In this document: positions 1 to 4,196 of the stretch, piece by piece
How positions within the stretch are numbered: the stretch's first letter is position 1
Layout: every line of letters begins with the position of its first letter
Virus record (IMG/VR): IMGVR_UViG_3300010409_000030
Span: 1-6,700 of that record
Source: a virus
DNA length: 6,700 nt
Reading direction: 5' to 3' (one strand)
Notes under the pieces: generated by a model
Database searches by the model: none
The model's input: only the letters and a program-made list of their open reading frames with translations
What the model was told of the DNA's origin: nothing
Position numbers and translations under genes: made by a program

Positions 1-50
1 ATTTATAACCTTTTTTATTTAATTCTATATGAGAATGATTATATTAAACT

Positions 51-92
51 GTGTAAGAATGTATAAGTGTCAAAGTGTAAAAGTATTAAAGA
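51..92. repeat. Tandem 8-bp iteron-like repeats, consensus GT(A/C)(A/T)AAGT, in the intergenic region between the gV-like gene and the plus-strand RHH gene
   Basis: Read directly: gtgtaagaat(51-60) gtataagt(61-68) gtcaaagt(69-76) gtaaaagt(77-84) attaaaga(85-92). That is three clear head-to-tail copies flanked by degenerate ones. A duplicate lies at 6501-6542. Confidence 0.6.
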
Positions 93-122
93 AAATTAGC
101 AAACAATAATATTAATAATTTG

Positions 123-128
123 TATAAT
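123..128 (+). promoter_or_regulatory. Candidate -10 element (perfect TATAAT) for the plus-strand RHH-like gene
   Basis: TATAAT at 123-128 lies 34 nt upstream of the ATG at 162. The best -35 candidates are poor (caaaca at 100-105; ttagca at 96-101 with spacing that is too long). The upstream region is A/T-rich. Confidence 0.35.
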
Positions 129-161
129 GGAAAATGTAATATGATTTTAATAGGCAATACA

Positions 162-341
162 ATGAATGAACTAAAAACGATAAAGATAACAGACGAAGCA
201 CATAGAGCACTTGTACTGGGGAAAGCGATGGACGGAATTGCAATGACAAAATGGGTAAGTACTGTAATACTAGAAGCATTACAAAAAGATTGTCCAAGAG
301 CGTATGAAGAATTAAGAAAAGAGTTTATTAAAGAAGAATGA
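162..341 (+). CDS. Small (59 aa) ribbon-helix-helix-like DNA-binding protein, a putative phage transcriptional regulator. Alternative starts are ATG 141 and TTG 120.
   Basis: Translation from 162 is MNELKTIKITDEAHRALVLGKAMDGIAMTKWVSTVILEALQKDCPRAYEELRKEFIKEE. The pattern is a short beta strand (KTIKIT), helix, G-turn and a second helix (MTKWVSTVILEALQK), typical of Arc/CopG/MetJ-type RHH proteins. It is the only credible plus-strand gene, and its stop TGA is at 339-341. Start choice is uncertain: the SD is weak (tAGGc before 162; GGAAAA before 141). Confidence 0.6.
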   Translation: MNELKTIKITDEAHRALVLGKAMDGIAMTKWVSTVILEALQKDCPRAYEELRKEFIKEE

Positions 342-1598
342 TTACTTATATATATATTCAGTATTAACACCGTGTAATTTCAGCCATTCAACACACAAAT
401 GAAAACCACCATTTTCGATTAAATAAAGCATTAAGAAACGTGCTTTATTTTTTCGAATAATTAACCAGCTAATACCGTCAAGGTTACCAAGTTGATAAGC
501 CTTATCAATATCTTCATTAGCAATTTCTTCATCTGTTTTTTCATCAACATTGAAAAAGTCTTTAAGACCATTCGTCCAATAAAGCTGTCTTTTGCCTGCG
601 AATGCCTTAGCATATTCAACAAATAATTGGCCGTGAGCTTCACGATCTGAAGATTCGAGAGAGTTTGCACTTTCGAGAAGTGCGAACGGAGGCAAACCTT
701 TTGAAGAAGATTTCAAACTTGAAGACGTTAACTCTTTATCAATACCCCAACCATCCTGAGAGCTTTTCTGAAGATAATCACCAGAGGAAACATTGAGCTT
801 TATATCAACAGCGTGCTTTTTAAAAGAAGTGCTTTTCCCTTTCGGGATGAGTCCTGCTTTATCACATGCTTTAAACCAAAAATGTTTGATAATTGCCGTT
901 TGTCTATGAATTTTGGAAGGCTTATGAAACCACAACTCATGTGTATGAGGGTGCCAACCATTAGAACCATAAACAACTTCGAGGCCACGAATTAAACCCT
1001 TGTAACCTATTTCTTTAAGCATGTTTTTATATGCGCGTGATTCTCTAAAGTACTTAAGAGCTTGTTTTTGCTTATCTATCAAATATTTACAAGATTGAAA
1101 AGAATAGTGCGGGAAAGTTAAAGTGATCATTGAGCATGATAAACCATGATCATTATAAGCTGATTCGATTGCCTTGGAGACTTCAACCGAACGACGAGAT
1201 TGAATAAGAACAGAACAAAGAGGACAAGACCAGACAGAACCGCAAGTTACTAGACCAGTGTAAAAGCATTTGCCAGTAGACGCGGATTTGTTAATACCGA
1301 CTTGTTTAGCCATCATTGTGTGTCGACAATGAACAACGCGATAAGCACCTTTGATCTGTTTTATATCAATAGCACCTTTTGACAGTAAATCATTTCTTAA
1401 TAATGATCTGGCTGTGTCGTGCATTTCGTAACGTAAAGCCCTATTTTTTACAGACTTTTGAGCCGCTTTTTCGGTATCGGAGCCACCGTCATTGCTACGT
1501 TTTGACCCTCCAATAGCGGCCGAGGATTTCGCATAGTTACCTAGCTGCTCCGCAAGCTCCGCAGATGTAACTAAACTAGATATTTTAAGCGCTTCCAT
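342..1598 (-). CDS. Rolling-circle replication initiator (HUH endonuclease superfamily; pC194/Rep_1- or phage CRI-like), functional equivalent of gII/RstA
   Basis: 418 aa. Motif 1-like MITLTF (res 157-162). HUH motif WHPHTHELWF (H216-H220, nt 939-953, checked against the DNA). Candidate catalytic Tyr in SGDYLQK (Y275). A Cys cluster C91/C111/C119/C125-P-L-C128 (CGSVWSCPLC) resembles the zinc-ribbon found ahead of motif 1 in many RCR Reps. It sits in the position expected for rep in an inovirus. Confidence 0.88.
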   Translation of the reverse strand: MEALKISSLVTSAELAEQLGNYAKSSAAIGGSKRSNDGGSDTEKAAQKSVKNRALRYEMHDTARSLLRNDLLSKGAIDIKQIKGAYRVVHCRHTMMAKQVGINKSASTGKCFYTGLVTCGSVWSCPLCSVLIQSRRSVEVSKAIESAYNDHGLSCSMITLTFPHYSFQSCKYLIDKQKQALKYFRESRAYKNMLKEIGYKGLIRGLEVVYGSNGWHPHTHELWFHKPSKIHRQTAIIKHFWFKACDKAGLIPKGKSTSFKKHAVDIKLNVSSGDYLQKSSQDGWGIDKELTSSSLKSSSKGLPPFALLESANSLESSDREAHGQLFVEYAKAFAGKRQLYWTNGLKDFFNVDEKTDEEIANEDIDKAYQLGNLDGISWLIIRKNKARFLMLYLIENGGFHLCVEWLKLHGVNTEYIYK

Positions 1599-1625
1599 TT
1601 ATAATAATCCCGTCTTAGTATGACA

Positions 1626-1657
1626 GGCGGTCATAATGGGTGTGGAGCCCGACCGCC
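1626..1657. promoter_or_regulatory. GC-rich bulged hairpin in the rep leader; candidate origin, nick-site or translational control structure
   Basis: ggcggtc(1626-1632) pairs perfectly with gaccgcc(1651-1657). An inner ggg(1638-1640)/ccc(1648-1650) gives 10 bp in total, with a 5-nt bulge (ataat) and a 7-nt loop (tgtggag). It lies 28 nt upstream of the rep ATG and downstream of the predicted rep promoter, and it is a GC island in very AT-rich DNA. Confidence 0.55.
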
Positions 1658-1666
1658 AAAACAATT

Positions 1667-1695
1667 ATTCTATATATATTACACTTTTCTATCAA
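1667..1695 (-). promoter_or_regulatory. Candidate sigma70-type promoter for rep
   Basis: On the minus strand: TTGATA (1695..1690), a 17-nt spacer, then TAGAAT (1672..1667). This predicts a start near 1660 and a leader of about 60 nt containing the 1626-1657 hairpin. Confidence 0.5.
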
Positions 1696-1750
1696 TACAC
1701 TTTTAAGATATACGCGTTACGTCCTTCGTCGATAGTTTCTAAACGGAACG

Positions 1751-1787
1751 GTTTTTTAAAATATCGAAAAGATGATATTTTAAAAAC
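1751..1787. repeat. AT-rich inverted repeat (13-bp perfect arms, 8-nt loop) between the accessory operon and the rep promoter
   Basis: tttttaaaatatc(1753-1765) and gatattttaaaaa(1774-1786) are exact reverse complements, with loop gaaaagat. The stem can extend to g1751/c1787 with a 1-nt bulge. It starts 16 nt after the stop of the 51-aa ORF on the minus strand. No proper U-tract follows, so it is not a canonical terminator. Confidence 0.6.
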
Positions 1788-1802
1788 GACCCTCTTGGTA
1801 AA

Positions 1803-1958
1803 TTATAGTGATTTAAAAAATTTGTAAATCATCGGTAAAAGCCCAAGCGAGACAATAAAGTAAAAAATATAATAATTTAAATCCATGTTGACCCCTAATG
1901 TGGTGGGTAAAATAATAAGCAAAGATAGCAGTATTATTATCAGGTTTGTATTAGTCAT
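1803..1958 (-). CDS. Unannotated small ORF: 51-aa predicted two-TM membrane peptide, third gene of the accessory operon
   Basis: Hand translation of the minus strand from ATG 1958..1956 gives MTNTNLIIILLSLLIILPTTLGVNMDLNYYIFYFIVSLGLLPMIYKFFKSL, with stop TAA at 1805..1803. It has two hydrophobic stretches separated by a polar turn and a basic C-terminus. The ATG overlaps the upstream stop (ATGACTAA, 8-nt overlap), and AAGG lies 9-10 nt upstream. It is below the length cutoff of the ORF track. Confidence 0.5.
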   Translation of the reverse strand: MTNTNLIIILLSLLIILPTTLGVNMDLNYYIFYFIVSLGLLPMIYKFFKSL

Positions 1959-2157
1959 TTTTTATTACCTTTTCATAAGTGTAATTAACACTATCAATTG
2001 CCCAGTAATAGCGAATTTCTTTATTTGTGGATGACTCTGTGTCAATCCTAAGTAATGCTGTTGTTTCATCTACAGATAGTAAATGGTATCCGCAATAGGC
2101 ACATATTTTACAAAGTAGGTCAAAAACAAAATCACTTTTTTTAATAGAATTAATCAT
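1951..2157 (-). CDS. Hypothetical 68-aa protein with a C-x2-C-x2-C motif, second gene of the accessory operon
   Basis: MINSIKKSDFVFDLLCKICAYCGYHLL... The SD GGAG lies 8 nt upstream (ctaGGAGtttaataATG). The ATG begins 2 nt after the TAA of the upstream gene, which suggests translational coupling. I recognise no family. Confidence 0.6.
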   Translation of the reverse strand: MINSIKKSDFVFDLLCKICAYCGYHLLSVDETTALLRIDTESSTNKEIRYYWAIDSVNYTYEKVIKND

Positions 2158-2159
2158 TA

Positions 2160-2444
2160 TTAAACTCCTAGATCAATCGATAATAAATCACCTTGATGTG
2201 TAATTTCCAAAGCTCTACGACAAACACCATCGAGGGTTTTAATAATTTGCTCCTGACTTTGTTGTTTACCCAATAATGAAATATATTTACTTTCTAAATC
2301 CTGATATTCCTTTTGTAATTTTAAGTACTCACGTCCAGCGGTAATAAAAGTCTTAGACATAGTTACTTCATTTACTGAATTTTGTAGATCAGTAAGGAAT
2401 TGCTCAGTTTCTTTGTTTTCTTGTATACGTAGTTGAATTATCAT
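2160..2444 (-). CDS. Hypothetical 94-aa protein with an RHH-like N-terminus and a coiled-coil-like C-terminal half; first gene of the accessory operon and a putative autoregulator
   Basis: Preferred start is ATG 2444..2442, because AAGGTG lies 5 nt upstream (aaaAAGGTGttattATG). The track ORF start at 2543 adds a hydrophobic, Cys-rich 33-aa extension that overlaps the predicted promoter. The sequence MIIQLRIQENKETEQFLTDLQNSVNEVTMSKTFITAGREYLKLQKEYQDLESKYISLLGKQQSQEQ has a strand-helix-helix pattern followed by a heptad-like Q/E/K/L-rich segment. Confidence 0.6.
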   Translation of the reverse strand: MIIQLRIQENKETEQFLTDLQNSVNEVTMSKTFITAGREYLKLQKEYQDLESKYISLLGKQQSQEQIIKTLDGVCRRALEITHQGDLLSIDLGV

Positions 2445-2500
2445 AATAACACCTTTTTTAATATCAAAAATTAAGCAGGTTGAATACCTGGGACAAAAGA

Positions 2501-2529
2501 ATGATATCAAAAAAGATAAGTAATGACAA
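2501..2529 (-). promoter_or_regulatory. Candidate strong sigma70 promoter with extended -10 for the accessory operon
   Basis: On the minus strand: TTGTCA (2529..2524), a 17-nt spacer, then TGaTATCAT (TG 2509..2508, -10 at 2506..2501). This predicts a leader of about 50 nt to the ATG at 2444. The -10 lies inside a TGATATCA palindrome. Confidence 0.55.
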
Positions 2530-2548
2530 TAAAATGATATCAAAATGT

Positions 2549-2572
2549 CTACCCGGTAGAGCTACCAGGTGA
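2549..2572. promoter_or_regulatory. Alternating CTACC/GGTAG half-sites (tandem palindromes), a candidate second operator
   Basis: CTACC(2549-2553) c GGTAG(2555-2559) ag CTACC(2562-2566) a GGTGA(2568-2572). That is three perfect 5-mers in alternating orientation plus a degenerate fourth, located between repeat copies 2 and 3. Confidence 0.4.
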
Positions 2573-2585
2573 AGATAATGATATG

Positions 2586-2643
2586 AAAAACAGCGATTAG
2601 CCTGCGCGCTCCTCATGTCGCTTGCTTGCTAATCGCTGTTTTT
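2586..2643 (-). terminator. Large hairpin immediately after the zot-like stop: an intrinsic (potentially bidirectional) terminator and candidate packaging-signal hairpin
   Basis: aaaaacagcgattagc(2586-2601) and gctaatcgctgttttt(2628-2643) are perfect 16-bp reverse complements. The 26-nt loop is GC-rich (ctgcgcgctcctcatgtcgcttgctt). T-runs follow the stem on both strands. The stem begins at the zot-like stop codon (2643-2645). Confidence 0.65.
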
Positions 2644-3872
2644 TAAAGTGATATAGTTATACAAGTTAATTTAGTTTGAAATTTTTTATACTTAATTTCG
2701 GCCGCACAATGGTCATAAGGCTTAATCTCATAACCTATATTTTTAAGATCGGTACTTAAATAAGTTGAGACTTGACCAGAGTTAACAAAAGATAATGTAT
2801 AAATATAACCGGATGCAGAACGGCCAGATCCAGAGATATAAATAGTTGAGCCTTCGAGAGGCCCCGAGATTATCCGACCAGCCTTATTAGAGATGACAGG
2901 GCCATCATTATCAGTACTGCTATGATTATGGCTAAAGGTATGCGAAAGACTTTTAAAAATATCTTCATTAGAAATAGGGGCACCGCCTTTACTACTTTGT
3001 ATATTATCTTGAGTAACTTCAGAACTACTATCTTCAATAGAAACAGGAACGGGAAGACTATCTTTTTTAATATTAGTAGGAACTGCTGTTGGGTTGTCGA
3101 ATACTGGTGGTAGGAATCCGTCACCTGATTTACTGAAAGCCCACCCCGCACACCCAACGGCCACAGATACCAGAATAATAACTCTAGGCGAAGCAAAGAC
3201 GTTAAAACCGTTGAAAGTATCGGTAAACCGACCTGTTTGTGTTGAATGGTAGAGACTAAAGGTAAGTGGACTAATCCTTTTATCTTTGATTGATTCGAAG
3301 TCTGTAAATGATTTTCCGTCTTTTTGTGCATCGTGTAATGCCTCCTTATAACCTTTAAACATAGGCCCAAACAAAGCCTTGTTTCTGTGTTTGTATGCAG
3401 ATTCACAAGTCATTCTAATATCATCGCGAATATATTTAATATTAGGTGCTGTTAAGACAATGTCCCAGTTATAGTGCCGTTGCTTTTGCCAAGCTGTGTT
3501 CCAATTAAAAGGCCTCCCTATTTTATTGCAACCATCTAAACCAAGTGGATTATTTAACGATTCAATTTGTCTCTTGTCCCAAATTTTTGGAAAAATAACA
3601 CCAGCCTCATCCAATAAGATCAAAGCTCCAAGTGGTGCCCAATGAAACCAAGTTGCAATCTTATCAAGCCCTTCTGTTGTTTCTGTATCAACATTAATAA
3701 CATCGAAAGAATCAGGTATGTGCGGCATATTCTTAAATGTATTATCACGAGTGACACCAGCAATATTAGTTACTACAACCCTCCCCTGTTCAGCAGCCGG
3801 AATAAAGTAATCTTGAATAACGCCTGAAGTTTTGAAAGAACCGTTTGAACCATGGTGAATAGCTATGGCCAT
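2643..3872 (-). CDS. zot: Zot/pI-family phage assembly ATPase (inner-membrane morphogenesis protein)
   Basis: 409 aa. The N-terminus MAIAIHHGSNGSFKTSG closely resembles the N-terminus of Vibrio cholerae Zot as I recall it (MSIFIHHGAPGSYKTSG). Walker A is GSNGSFKTS (res 8-16) and Walker B is LILLDEA (res 84-90). A single central TM is VIILVSVAVGCAGWAF (res 231-246), followed by a periplasmic C-terminal domain. SD GAGGG lies 7 nt upstream. The ATG overlaps the upstream stop (TAATG). Confidence 0.93.
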   Translation of the reverse strand: MAIAIHHGSNGSFKTSGVIQDYFIPAAEQGRVVVTNIAGVTRDNTFKNMPHIPDSFDVINVDTETTEGLDKIATWFHWAPLGALILLDEAGVIFPKIWDKRQIESLNNPLGLDGCNKIGRPFNWNTAWQKQRHYNWDIVLTAPNIKYIRDDIRMTCESAYKHRNKALFGPMFKGYKEALHDAQKDGKSFTDFESIKDKRISPLTFSLYHSTQTGRFTDTFNGFNVFASPRVIILVSVAVGCAGWAFSKSGDGFLPPVFDNPTAVPTNIKKDSLPVPVSIEDSSSEVTQDNIQSSKGGAPISNEDIFKSLSHTFSHNHSSTDNDGPVISNKAGRIISGPLEGSTIYISGSGRSASGYIYTLSFVNSGQVSTYLSTDLKNIGYEIKPYDHCAAEIKYKKFQTKLTCITISL

Positions 3873-4192
3873 TATATAACCCTCAACATTTTAAGAACTA
3901 AGCGAGTAGCAAAACCCGTAAGAACTGTGTTAATAAACTCAGGTACATTAAAAAAAGTTAAAATTGTTCGTATGTCAGTTGGCAATATTATCCAAGCCGA
4001 TTGGATGTGATCAGACACATTTAATTGAGTTAGGACTTCCTTAGCAACTCCCCAGCCGAAAGGTATCATCATTTTGAGAAACTGTATTTTCATCAAAATG
4101 GCACTTTTAACAGCATGAGCAGTTAAAGAAGTAAAAAAGGTATATTGCCCAGACTCCAACCAATCATTTATATAAATCAAAAAATCTTCCAT
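3872..4192 (-). CDS. pVI/Ace-like small hydrophobic minor virion protein (106 aa), assigned by position and hydrophobicity
   Basis: Preferred start is ATG 4192..4190. It lies 4 nt after the pIII-like stop, with AGGTGA (which contains that stop) serving as the SD. The track start at 4222 would overlap pIII by 26 nt. The protein has several hydrophobic segments. Its position between the pIII-like and pI-like genes matches gVI of Ff and ace of CTXphi. Confidence 0.65.
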   Translation of the reverse strand: MEDFLIYINDWLESGQYTFFTSLTAHAVKSAILMKIQFLKMMIPFGWGVAKEVLTQLNVSDHIQSAWIILPTDIRTILTFFNVPEFINTVLTGFATRLVLKMLRVI

Positions 4193-4196
4193 GCAA

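Larger units (their letters stand above)
1..250. repeat. Terminal redundancy, copy A (identical to 6451-6700); a circular-genome assembly overlap
   Basis: Block-by-block comparison found 1-250 and 6451-6700 identical at every position. The repeat cuts through an ORF (162..341), which is expected for an arbitrary linearisation point and not for a biological LTR or ITR. Confidence 0.97.
2500..2589. repeat. Three copies of a 13-bp repeat AATGATATCAAAA (core 8-bp palindrome TGATATCA); operator-like
   Basis: Copies at 2500-2512 (exact), 2533-2545 (exact) and 2577-2589 (AATGATATGAAAA, 1 mismatch). Start-to-start spacings are 33 and 44 bp, both multiples of 11 and so roughly the same helical face. 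Copy 1 covers the predicted -10. Copy 2 also reads TGaTATCAT on the minus strand. Confidence 0.7.

Noticed and set aside
1-250. The 250-bp exact direct repeat at both window ends, considered as a biological long terminal repeat, att duplication or mobile-element boundary
   Set aside because: It is perfectly identical and cuts through the RHH-like ORF at an arbitrary point. Joining the ends restores the gV promoter and RBS. This is the signature of a circular contig reported with overlap.
86-370. 94-aa minus-strand ORF (and the nested 112..297 ORF), antisense to the RHH-like gene
   Set aside because: The translation is low-complexity and Leu/Ile/Ser/Phe-rich, typical of the antisense frame of AT-rich coding DNA. 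It would overlap the rep 3-prime end and it has no SD. The plus-strand frame gives a recognisable strand-helix-helix pattern. I cannot fully exclude it without conservation data.
461-995. Short ORFs nested in rep (461..670 minus, 800..988 minus, 813..995 plus)
   Set aside because: They are nested in, or antisense to, the Rep frame that carries the HUH motif. They have no SD and no recognisable features.
1017-1046. Possible dif-like XerCD site on the minus strand (tcacGCGCATAtaaaaacATGcTTAAAg)
   Set aside because: Only the GCGCATA core and a shifted ATG-TTAAA match the dif consensus as I recall it. With a 6-bp central region the XerD arm matches about 4 of 11. It lies inside the rep coding sequence.
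1636-1827. 63-aa plus-strand ORF divergent from rep, considered as an rstR-like repressor
   Set aside because: The ATG lies inside the GC hairpin with no room for a promoter, because the rep leader occupies 1599-1660. The product is Tyr/Ile/Phe-rich with no helix-turn-helix or RHH pattern. It spans the predicted rep promoter and the inverted repeat, and it overlaps the 51-aa ORF on the other strand.
2445-2543. 33-codon N-terminal extension of the 127-aa track ORF
   Set aside because: There is no SD at 2543. The extension (MISFYCHYLSFLISFFCPRYSTCLIF...) is hydrophobic junk-like sequence and overlies the predicted promoter and repeats. The internal ATG at 2444 has an AAGGTG SD.
2870-3406. 178-aa alternative-frame minus ORF, and the plus-strand ORFs 2922..3113 and 3642..3827, all inside the zot-like gene
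   Set aside because: They are fully nested in a gene with strong family motifs. The translations are low-complexity and basic/hydrophobic, and they have no SD.
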